A DNA stretch of 64,000 bases, from positions 9,895,440 to 9,959,439 of the forward strand of contig OZ316894.1 in NCBI GenBank assembly GCA_973895155.1. The letters run 5' to 3'. Shown piece by piece: positions 1 through 10,743 of this stretch (its first letter is position 1; the number at the start of each line of letters is the position of its first letter). This DNA is from Marsupella aquatica. Its lineage: Eukaryota; Plantae; Marchantiophyta. A program made the translations under genes and the position numbers. A model generated the notes under the pieces. It did not search any database and was not told the origin of the DNA. It saw only the letters and a program-made list of their open reading frames with translations.

Positions 1-312
1 TGTTGTGTTTCGGTTGTCACATGGACCATTGTGACTTGAAGGGTACTGCCCACCATGTAGGTCCAAAGAACGGGATGGAGCTGTAGATCGTTTGCACAAT
101 TTACTTGAGTTACGCACCTTTTGTCCACAACCCAAATAAGTGAAACACCCCAGCACAGGGAGGATGTGAGTCAATCGAGTTCGCACGTGTGCGTGAATCT
201 GTGCCCCATATGGCAAGTCTTGCCCACAAGCAAATATGGAATCCAACGTCTGGATTCCAGTCATGCGACTCATGCGATTATGTTGAGGTTTTGGCATCCT
301 ACAATGCATCAT
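1..312 (-). CDS. Partial ORF open at the window edge; weak resemblance to an RPA1-type C-terminal OB-fold/zinc-ribbon segment, possibly degenerate
   Basis: My translation from ATG 312/273: MSRMTGIQTLDSIFACGQDLPYGAQIHAHVRTRLTHILPVLGCFTYLGCGQKVRNSSKLCKR... with no stop before base 1. FTYLGC..QKV...LCK recalls the YxACxxCxKKV...C pattern but Cys ligands are missing. Confidence 0.2.
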   Translation of the reverse strand, partial: MMHCRMPKPQHNRMSRMTGIQTLDSIFACGQDLPYGAQIHAHVRTRLTHILPVLGCFTYLGCGQKVRNSSKLCKRSTAPSRSLDLHGGQYPSSHNGPCDNRNTT

Positions 313-609
313 GTACAAAACCAACCATGCTCAATGGGATGCTAATGGGATGATGATGTCCATGAACATGCTACTTGGCATATATATTGTGACATAGACA
401 GGCAAGGGGCGGTTACATTTGGGCCTTCAAAAGCAACTTGGATTAACAAACACAATTGACAAGGTAGTGCAGTGCATGATTGTCACAAATACAAACCCAA
501 CTTCAAATAATTATTGTGTTCAAAATGAACATGCAATATAATAAGTGCATCCGTAATAGAGAAAGTGCATGTTACAGTAATAAATGAGAAAGTGAACTAA
601 ACCTCTACC

Positions 610-1173
610 CTAAATAGACACAAAGTTTTCAGTCCATTCATCACTGGTGATGTAACAGATTTGTTGAATGACATGGTGATCCTGCCTAAGGTACCCAACT
701 CCTAATTCTAACATCACATCTAAACTCCATCCTGCAAGCCACCATTTAGGACGAGGACCAGGTCCTGATAGTATAGGCCCTAATGCCCTCCAATAATCTG
801 ATGAGTCAACCACATGTATCCAACCTGTATTAACGCATCTAATAGACATGATGTCCTCAGCCTGGCAGGGAAATGACAATCTTGGCCAAATATGGGTGAG
901 GACGACATCATTTGGCAAAGGAGGGAGGAGGTGGGTAAGCTGAGTACACCGAATCCCCTCCCCTTCACCTGGGCCCTCTGCCTCATCCAGGGTTGCATAT
1001 AGCTTGACACCAGATTGATTGCCAGAATGCAGAGCAGGCTTAGGTACTGGGTTGTGGACGTCTTTCAGTACAGCAAGACTGGGAAAATGCCCTGCAATGA
1101 ACCTAATGAATGCATAGATCTGAAACATGACATTGAAAATCATGTGTAGTAGAGTTGTAAAAACCCAGGCCAT
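610..1173 (-). CDS. Intronless ORF with hydrophobic N-terminus and an F-box-like motif
   Basis: Track ORF 610..1245; probable ATG at 1173. Contains LLPPLPNDVVLTHIWPRL...IMSIRCVNTGWIHVVDSSDYW, matching the F-box pattern LPxDxxxxIxxxL...RxVxxxW. Confidence 0.45.
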   Translation of the reverse strand: MAWVFTTLLHMIFNVMFQIYAFIRFIAGHFPSLAVLKDVHNPVPKPALHSGNQSGVKLYATLDEAEGPGEGEGIRCTQLTHLLPPLPNDVVLTHIWPRLSFPCQAEDIMSIRCVNTGWIHVVDSSDYWRALGPILSGPGPRPKWWLAGWSLDVMLELGVGYLRQDHHVIQQICYITSDEWTENFVSI

Positions 1174-1174
1174 G

Positions 1175-1931
1175 TCAAGCTGTGTATTTAGCAGCCGAGA
1201 GGCCAAGTCTATTGCCTGCATACACCCCGCAAACAGAGTATGCATCAGGCTTATAAAACATAGTATCAGTAAACCCTAAATGACGGAGGCGATCCCTTAG
1301 ACCAAAAACACCCTCAATGTCGGTGAAATTATCAGACCACACACAAATGACATGTTGACCAACAGGGATCTTTTCCTCTTTGGGAAACCCAGACTTGAGA
1401 GGTTTGGTATGACAGGTGGAAACCTTCGCATCAGTTGCCAAACTACCTTTCACAATGGCAGCAACAATTTTTGCCCACTGGGAGTCTACTACATGGCTGT
1501 CAACAAAAGTCATCCATTTTCCAGACATGACATTATTGGCAATAGCTAGACTTTCAATATGAGAGTTCTGTAGCCTTTCGTGAGAAGAAAGACACAATGA
1601 TTCCCAAGCTGTAGCTAACCCTGTTGTATTGACAAGGCAATCCAATTCCTTGTTTGACTGAAGGGTGCTAACAGTCAGCCATTCAATGTAGTTGAAGGGA
1701 ATGGATGCTGGCTTCCATATATTCGTCAAGGAATTCAGAAATGGATTGAAGGTCGCTATCAAAGCATACTACATGAGATGACTGCCCAACATCCATGACT
1801 GTGAGCAAGGGAATGAATTGACCCCTGCAAGCACATACTTGACAATTAATACTAGTGAAGACAAGGAGAATTTGCAGTCGGAACTTCATCAAGTAGGGCA
1901 CGATTTGCAGAGGACATGGTATTGAAGACAA
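1175..1931 (-). pseudogene. DUF1917 / UPF0696 (C11orf68, Bles03; eIF4E-like fold) family gene with a probable frameshift near 1718
   Basis: Motifs SGKWMTFV, VDSQWAKIVAA, AKVS, HVICVWSDNFTD, LRHLGF, FYKPDAYSVCGVY. Upstream ORF 1683..1931 supplies SISEFLDE, which would join WKPASIP...EWLTV in another frame (GAC GAA tata TGG AAG CCA). Confidence 0.7.
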
Positions 1932-2429
1932 TTACCTGATGAAAGAATGTTGGACCTTGGATACAGTGCGAACGTGCACTTGTGCGATGATTGAAATGGC
2001 TCCCAATAGAGGTACCTGAACCACCTTAACAAGATTCCATTAATTTAAGTAGATTCCCTGTTGAAATTGCGATGAGAGGCTACGAAAGTAAGCATCTAGT
2101 TACACTCCAATCATGTGTCTGTAAAGTACAAATCTTAGGTACAGGAATTATGAGCTTTTGTGAACCGAAGGCAGCACATTTGATTCATTTGACGTAGGCT
2201 CATTAGACTCCAATTCACTTCCTGAAGCTGAGGGAGTTTACGGCATTCCACAGATATTGAATAAAGCAATGGAGCACATTCTAACTATTCATTGCTATGA
2301 GTCAGAGTGCATGGAAATACATTTGGCGGTTTGCAAATTGGTTGTGCACATCAAACAGGGCTGCAACATGGAAACAATAGGAGCTGGAAAAGGACGAAGA
2401 TTCTCACCCTGAAGTTACCTCCAAAAATG

Positions 2430-3210
2430 CTAAGCAATCCCCTTGCACTTGTATTCCCTGGGTGAAGCAATCCCTTGCAAAGCTATCCCCTGAGTGAAGC
2501 GATCCCTGGGTAAAGCAATATATCCCCTCATGCAGGACACGATCCCCTTAGCTCTATGAAAATTGCTGAAAGGGCGAACTTTAGCCATAGGCGATAAGCT
2601 ACTGCAATTTAGCTGCAAACACCACCTGTGAAGTTTCGCTCCAAATAGAGGCTGCGAACGAAAGCAGCTACAAACGACCTTCACCAGCAACCTTCAACAA
2701 CAAACTTCAGCTGCAACGTTGCAAAGGGTGTTGTTGCTCAGCTCCCTGCATTTACAATGCATGCATCAAATGTCAGCATCTCAGCGTTTTCTCTGGCTAA
2801 ATCAATTCCAACCTAGGATGTACTCAGGTGCGATGTACTCAGGTGCGAACTTCAGCTGGAGGCGATGGGATCAGTCAGTGCAGCTGCAAACATTAACAGT
2901 TGCGAATATGAGCTGCGAACTTCCCCGTTGAAGTGCTAATTCTTTCGCGCTGCATCGAGCTGCTGAACGACTGCATTGATGAGCTGCTGAACTCCTGGGC
3001 TGCAATGCGAGTTGAGCTACTGGGACCTGCAGCTGAGTTCAGCTACGCAGGGGGCGGCTGCGACATTGAGCTGCCCCGTGAGCTGCAAGCTTGACCTGCA
3101 AACGTTTGTTTCAAACTTCAGCAACTGCGATTAGCTTTGACCTTGCAATGCGATGTTTAGCTACTGGGACCTGCAGCTGATTTCAGGGGGCGGCTTGATC
3201 AGCTCCAAAG
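2430..3210. repeat. Low-complexity region of short reiterated motifs (aagcaatcccct, gagctgc, gctactgggacctgcagctga x2)
   Basis: Reiteration is directly visible and there is no credible ORF. Resembles TE subterminal sequence. Confidence 0.4.
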
Positions 3211-3837
3211 GGGACGAAAAGGTCTTGCAATTTCGAGCAAATGTGAATCAAATTGACTGACTCACATCATCTTTGACATTTGCAAACAGTCATCGTGCAA
3301 AGAGAGAGACGTTTGCAGACATTCATAGCGCAAAGTGTGTTGAGTACAGACATTGAAAGAACCCTAGTAGACATGTTTCCGTGCCTTACAACGCATAAGG
3401 CCAATGAAGCCTGTGCTCGTTGTTGTGGGAAGGAAAACCAGAGTCATGGACAGACTACCGGGAGTACCAACGGAAAACCTCCTGGTCCCGGCCATACAAC
3501 TCGTTACAAGTCACTTTTGCCGAAATATGGATTCTGTACTATACAAGCAAAATTCTAAGTTTACGTTTGTGTCCATGCAAGTTGTGTCTGTCCATCCGAG
3601 TGTTTTTGCAAACGTCTATGTCCATAAGAGCTTTAAGTTCGTTTTTTACTTCTAATTTTGAAAATTACAAAAGAGAATAGTGTTTTATGAATAAAATTTG
3701 TGAATATTTTTAGAATATTCCAAAAATAGGGATAGGAAAATAGTTAAATTTTTTTTAATTGTTTAGGGTGATTAATAGCTACACATGTCTAGCGTGTTAT
3801 GAGACTCCCCACCCTTCAGAGTGAGGCCCCCAAGATT

Positions 3838-4052
3838 AGGGCATGTCAAAGCAGGGCTATAACTCAATTACAACACATAAATTGCTTCTACGGCCAAGAC
3901 AAAATCACTACGGTAGGACATAAACCGCTTGTACGGCCAAGACAAAATCACTAGTATGGATGGGAGACCAAACTACGTACCCTATAAGCATTTTACGTCC
4001 AAACGTCCATAGGGCCGTAAGACTCTGAATTGGGAGAACTTTGACATGCCCT
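3838..4052. mobile_element. MITE, 215 bp, perfect 14-bp TIR, flanked by ATT/ATT
   Basis: att|AGGGCATGTCAAAG ... CTTTGACATGCCCT|att. Confidence 0.8.
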
Positions 4053-4075
4053 ATTGGGTGTAGGGGATATGCATT

Positions 4076-4249
4076 AGGGCGTGTCAAAGCACAGCTGTAA
4101 CTCAATTATGGCTCAAGACATAAAATGCTGTTACGGCCAGGACAAAATCATTATGGGCTACCAAAATACCTACCCCGGCCTATAAGGGTGAAAAGTCTAA
4201 AAGAATAAAGCCGTAACACTTTGGTTACGGGAGAACTTTGACACCCCCT
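4076..4249. mobile_element. Second MITE of the same family, 174 bp
   Basis: att|AGGGCGTGTCAAAG ... CTTTGACACCCCCT|att (1 TIR mismatch). Internal sequence is homologous to 3838-4052. Confidence 0.75.
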
Positions 4250-5251
4250 ATTAACCCGTGCCATAAGGGATCATGAGTTATGGGTACTCCCGCTAGCTTA
4301 GAGTAAGTGCTTTTGGCCCATGATTTTCGGACAAGACCAAGCCTAGTACCTCGACAAGCGGTCACAATCGACAACTATAATACCCAACCCCGCCAAATTG
4401 TGTTCGTCGTCCGCTTACAAAAACAGTTGAGCGGGAATGATCAGCAGCCGTTGGATTCTTTTGCACTTTTCCCTAACCGTTCAATGCCCTTGAATGCAAA
4501 AACACTAGTAGAAACCGGGGGTATTTAGACCCCATTAAACGACTATGTAGTACCGTATAGGACTCGAAAATGACTGGGAAGGACTCCAGTCCTTTATAGG
4601 ACTGTGAGTCGTATGTTTTGTTACTATAATCAACTGAGTCCTTTATAGAACTGGTTCACGAGTCGTTTAATAGACTGGATTTTCAGTCTATTGTAGTCTT
4701 TGTTTGGGTAGCTTTGGTGAGTCATTTTCAGTCTTTTAAGGGGTGCGATGGTGAGTTGTTGGGAAGGACTAAACAGGTTATGGAGGGTAGTCTTTAAGTT
4801 TACTTTGTGGGTCTATAAAACGACTAAAGGAGATACTTAGTGGGGTATGTATAAGTCTTTCATGTCAACTCGAAATGAGTGATGAAGACCCCACTATACT
4901 ACTTGGAATGTGCACAAATAAGACATTCCATTCATGTTTTTTTGTGTACTGTAAATGAACTCACTCTATAAGGTCACAAAGCATGAAACTACCATACACA
5001 CTAATATTGAAATGATACAAAACAGATTCTAGTATCATCCAATGGTCACCTTACAGCCATAGTTTGACATCAATCACTTGTTTCATACATACACACAGAA
5101 TTCAGAAATATATACATGTCACACATAATGATAACGAATCCGTCATCCTCTTTACCAAATGGAAAAATTGGTACAGATATTTCTTGGATCTTTCCAAGGC
5201 AATGTCAAAATGTAACACAATTCACATGGTTCTATCTACACTTGCATTCAG

Positions 5252-8200
5252 TCACTGCAGACTAACACACTCTGATGGCCAGAGCACAAGAGATCCTACT
5301 GCATCTGCAATTATTTCCTGAGGTGGATCATCATCTCTATTCGGAAATGGCAAATTACAATCAGATACAATCACTATAGTCAACAACACTACTACATGGT
5401 CATCGGGGACCACTTTGCCATGGAATTTAGCATGATCCGGTCACAAAATGCCTGTACCCACACATACCTGTGAGTCATCCTCCCATGATTGAAGATTATG
5501 GATTGGCTCTGCTATGGCTATCACCTCCATGGCTATCACATGCTATTTTTCTTGGCTTTCCTAGGTGGCTTATACATGACATTATTCATACCTTGGTTGC
5601 GAGTCATGACTTTGGCACGAGTATTTTGTGCTGGTGATCGAGAATTGGCTACACTCTTCTTCAAAGAATCTGCATCCATATTTGACACTTCCGATTATGT
5701 AGCAGGATTTCCCTGCGACATCATCTCAGTATATGCCAACATTGTACTTGCTTCAATTGAAGCATCTACAATCTTACTTGCATCCAATGTTGCTCCCAAA
5801 TTTCAACGTCGCTTCACCCTGCTCCCACTTGGTTGAGAATCTGACAACTCTGCATCAACTACAATTCAGTGCCATTGTCCAACATAAGTGAATCACTCAT
5901 CACATGTGCTACATGTACATGTCACCAACCACAAAGTTGTCACTATCTCCTTACCATTATGAACAACCTTCTTCCCCTTCTTTGCCATTGCCATATCCTC
6001 CATGTCTGCTTCTGCTGATCAATAAACACACCACAATATTCAGGTTGAATCTATTAACCATTGAATTGTCTCTCAACATTCATATAGAGGAATTTAAAGC
6101 ATTAGCTTACCTGATACCTCCTTGGCTATGGTCACTGAGGCACTGGGCACATCCTTTTCATTATTGCTCTTTGAGTCACCTGAAGCAAGTTAATCATGAT
6201 GTCACTTCAGATCGCAGTTGATCCAACCAGTTCTTACAAAAAAGATTACCTCCAATCGGCTTAAGCTTCACAAAACTCCATGCACTTTTCAAATGTAATC
6301 TATTGGATCATAGCAGGTTACCTGTCTCAGCAACCTTCTTGCCCTTCTGCTTACTGATTACAGGGCCCTTCGATGCCTCCACTCTTCCTGCATTCAAACC
6401 ATTCACTCAATTCATGAAAACCCACTTCTAATATTTGAACATAGGACACAATGAACAATGGGCCGGTGTCATTTCCATACCTGTGTCAGATTTGCCAATT
6501 CCCTTTTTTGTTAACAAGGGCACACTTTGTACAAGGTTGCCCTCATTGTTTGGCTGAGAACCACCCAATTTCTCAATCACAAGCTTGAAATTAGATTCCA
6601 CTGATGCAAGTAGGTTTGCTACAGATGCCTCCAAAATATCCAAACGATCACCCAATTTACTTTCCACTCGAGGAAGTCCACACTCTAATGACTTCAACCG
6701 TTCACACATCTCTGCAAGAGTTGTAACAGTTCCCTGTAATCACACAACTTACATATCTCAGATAACTGTCCCCAAGAACTGGTTGCTTACTTTCTACTAC
6801 ATTTCCTTCTGATGCTATCGAACATCACATAATTACAACATAATCACCTGTTTGGAAGTCACACTTGTCACCTCACTCCTTTGTTTCATGAACTCCTCTC
6901 TCACTTCTTGTGCCGATGAATCACCTGTCAATTTCTTCTGTATGCCACATCAACATACATATGAATTAAAGCAACTGTTGATTGTCAATGAAAATGCAAT
7001 AATAGTAGCAAGATGATTAGTGATAGGCTACGCTTACTATCAGACATGCCTTACCAGTTGTTCTTTCACTGGAGCATAACTTCCTCTCCCAGCCTGTGAA
7101 AGGTGTCACTTTGCCTCGAGCATTTGACATCAGTTCACTCTTGCTCTGCCCAGCCTCTGACATGAACCCTTTGATTAACCATGTCCATTGATCCAGTTCC
7201 AATGATGGGGGTGCTGGCATTCTCCTGTTAGAACCATTGTCTATCCACATCCTTTTCAACCTATGTCTCTCTTGTTTCAAAATCCTCATTGCATAATCTG
7301 ATATGCAATCTTCAACTGGACCATTACCATCATTACCAACATACTCCCACCGTTCAAGAATGTCCTTGCAAATAGCAGCCCAATCGGCTTTGTTCTGACT
7401 CCTAAACTCTGTAATGCTCAAATCTAACCAGCGCAATACTTCTCCTCTCAAGTTAGAATGCCAGCGGTTCTTACCATCACATGTGGGAGTTATCCAACCA
7501 TCGGAATTCACTTCTACTTTACCAAATTTGTTACTGTCTCCTGCCTTGATACTCCCTGAAGCGCTACTAGGTGTCCCTCCACGGCCTGGTGTCCCCCCAC
7601 GGCCTGGGCCCCCACGGCCTGCACCACGGCCTGGAGCGCATTGTGCAAACCTCCCTGGAGTCCCTGCACATTTACGGGAACCATTTTTTAAGTATGAAGC
7701 ATAAATTTTGCTGCCAAATATACACTGAGCTTCAGAGCAATTTTGCAATGACCAAGTTACCTCTCCCTGGGCGCATAGATGGTTCTGGACCATCTGTCCA
7801 ATTGCCTTGTCTTGATGAATTAGGGCCGTTTCTCCTGCCTGTGAATGATTGCCTCCTATCTGAACGTGGATGGCCTTTGTTGTTTTCGTGATTGTCCCAA
7901 TCAGAGTGTGCATTCACCAACAGGCACATGCCACACTCATGGACCGGTTAGATACACTCTTTGCCCTAGACATCAGATAATTCCATATTGAGCTACAATT
8001 TCTACTACCATCACAAAATCACTAGCACAAAGCACTTACTTGTCCAATCATCCTCCTGATCTTTCCATTGCCCTCTGTACCCATCTCTACCACGCTCTGG
8101 GCATTCATATTCACCCCATCCATCTTCTGCTCCATCGTAGTCATCATCATAATCATCAGGCGTCCCTTGCCAATAACTCTGGCTCCTTCTAGGGTATGGA

Positions 8201-8382
8201 TTACGTGATTTCTCTCTGGCTGCCCACCTACCTGGCACTTGATCAGGGCCCTGTGCATCTTGCACAGGTGCATTTTTCTGTGAGCCCCCTGCATCTGGAT
8301 GTCCATCCATATCCAATCTTTCCTCTTCACCCCACTCTCCAAGCCCCATGTCTGTCTCCATGTCTTCACCCTCTTCCCCCAT
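5252..8382 (-). pseudogene. Decayed multi-exon CACTA TnpA-like gene (Ptta/En/Spm-type region plus C-terminal TNP1/EN/SPM-type domain)
   Basis: ORF 7017..7913 ...ILKQERHRLKRMW...PPSLELDQWTWLIKGFMSEAGQSKSELMSNAR. Last exon (my translation, ~5440-5252) FHGKVVPDDHVVVLLTIVIVSDCNLPFPNRDDDPPQEIIADAVGSLVLWPSECVSLQ*. Stops and frameshifts lie between. No intact DDE (TnpD) ORF seen. Confidence 0.7.
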
Positions 8383-9520
8383 AGTTTCTGCATAGCATCC
8401 ACAACCAAACCCAGGCTAAATGAGCACACTAAATTCAAAGTATCAATCAATTTCATGCATATGGACATGACCAAAACATCATTTCGGGAAGCAATTCCCG
8501 TTCTGTGACTATGTGCATGTAGTCATCCTCAACCTCATCAAAGTGAATCTTCAGCCGCTGCCTATTGCACATCATCAACCTCATCATATTGCATCTCCCC
8601 AGGTTCATATGTCTCTCTCAATGTTAAAGGGATGTAGTCAGTCCCTGCCCGAGTAACAACATTGGAATTAAGGGCTCAGAGAATTAAAACTGCGTCTTAA
8701 AGGTACTAGACAAACAGTAACAGTGAGGAAGGAAGCTGAGGTTTCGCAGGCATTCACTGTCTATTACATGAAGCGGGCCAAGGACATTGTCTACAGGTTT
8801 AGCGCATGCAATAGGGGTTTTAGGAGCTAAGGAGGCAATGGAGTTCAAGAGCAACATTGTGGGTGCATTGGAGGCCGTGAGGGGAATGAAAGAATGTTGA
8901 CGAGTTACAAGATCAATGGAGCTTATAGATGGCTAAATAATCACCACCAGGAGGCCACATAACCTTATAACCACATGCAAGTGACAATATAGCAAGGCAG
9001 GGAAGAACAGGCAAAAACATGACAGAAAAAACAATTCAGCATGCAATTGAAAATGCAAGCACGTAGGACATTCATAAGAGAATTTCAAGTGCAATTCCGG
9101 ATTGCCGAGCTGCAAGCTCCAAAATACCTACAAGATTGCAGGCGTCAGGTTTTCCACTCCTGCTCTTCCACGACCAGCTTCCAATTGCTCAAGTGCTGTC
9201 CAATCGCAATCTAGAGGAATACCTTTGGCAGGCCTTTCGAGAGACTTCACACTTCAAGCCTTTCGAGTATTTACAACGCACCATGGCAACCAGATTGACA
9301 ACACATGAAAAACAGCCAAGACAAGGAGATAAGTACTTGCAAGATATCACAACTACCAATAGAGCGTAGTGACAGGCAGACAACAACTTTGAATACTGGC
9401 ATTTATTTTTAATGGGACCTGTTGGCAACTCAAGTTCATACGATAATTTTGGGACAACTTCACTCGGATCCCTATTGTACTGCATACCTTAGAGGTCTAC
9501 AACAATCAAAGTTGTGATCT

Positions 9521-10743
9521 TTTTTTTAATTTTTTTTTTAAATTTTTATGTTGGGAAGATCATCATGAGTATAAGAATTGAACAACCATCTTGTCTGTGA
9601 GCCCGAAAAACCTCGGAAAGAACAAGCTCTTACTCCTGGTTGTCAACTTTTCGCAAAAAGACATGAACAGCTTCCAGAATTGGCATCCTAACCCTACAAA
9701 ACTTGCTGGAAGGGGGCCTTCCGATAGGTTGTATATTATCCAACAGCCAGAACAACTCAGACACTATCAGGTTCTAGTGATTACTACTGCTCCCACCCCA
9801 ATAGACATTAGTCCCTGTGACCGCTATGAGAAATCTCAAGAGGTGGCAGGTGAACCATTGTAAGTGGTGGACTAAGGACAAGGAAACTGTTGACAGTAAA
9901 TATCCTAAGGAAAGAAACGGTGGTCACTTGCCCGTGTTCATCATCAGTGTGATATTATCACCTTTGAGGAGAATTCGACCAAGAGGTTTCCGCGTCTTCT
10001 TCTTTAATGAGATTTCCTCGGCATCCTCGAGGACCAAATTCATGTATTCATCAAAACCGATGATGCGTCCCTCTATTCTGAGGTCCTTCTGCTCGAACAA
10101 CCAAATCTGAATCCTTGATTTACTTTGCAGAAACCGAAAAATAATAAACTTTGGTGGTCGCCATGATTGCCGAGCGAAGTGAGGCCCCTCTTTAACAAAT
10201 TGCTGTCCGCCCGTCCGCAGGGCCCTTGTCCGTAGCAAGAAATCGCACGGAACAGGGTGATAACGAAACCGGAGAGGTTCTTAATTATTTTCAGTTGCTT
10301 GTTCGACACTAATAACCGGGAGTCGCGATTGGCACAGACAAGTTCAACTGACCTATAGAAGCAATCATTTCAGAAATTTCAGTAAGTCAAATTCAAAGAT
10401 CACTGAATGCTGGAAAAACCCGTGCATAGACAGAGTGTTTAGAAAGGTAAGATTTCTGTGCTGGGCATTGACAAATGCTTATCCCAACCGTAGTAGCGAA
10501 CGAAAACGAGACACAGTTTTAGTAGACCTAAGAGTTATATGCGGGAGCTTGAGAACATGCTGCGACCTAGTTGCAAACCACCTGAACGAGACAGTGTTAA
10601 TTAATAAATACAGCTAAGAAGGTTGCTCTTCGGAGCTGTAACAAAACGCTTCAACCTGCTGTAGTTGCCGAACAAATTGACGACTCAAACGAGCGCTCCC
10701 AGACACCGAGTAAGAGAAGGAAAAGGGCAACAAGAGGCAACCT
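9521..10743 (-). pseudogene. SmE: Processed retrocopy of small nuclear ribonucleoprotein E (SmE) mRNA
   Basis: Intronless [73 protein letters not shown] (ends 9924). The native start MATTKV at 10164 is out of frame. Degraded poly(A) at 9521-9548; 16-bp TSD ATCAAAGTTGTGATCT at 9505-9520 and 10744-10759. Confidence 0.93.

Noticed and set aside
9924-10238. 104-aa ORF as a functional SmE gene
   Set aside because: It starts at a non-ATG codon. The true ATG (10164) is out of frame, and the locus has retrocopy hallmarks.
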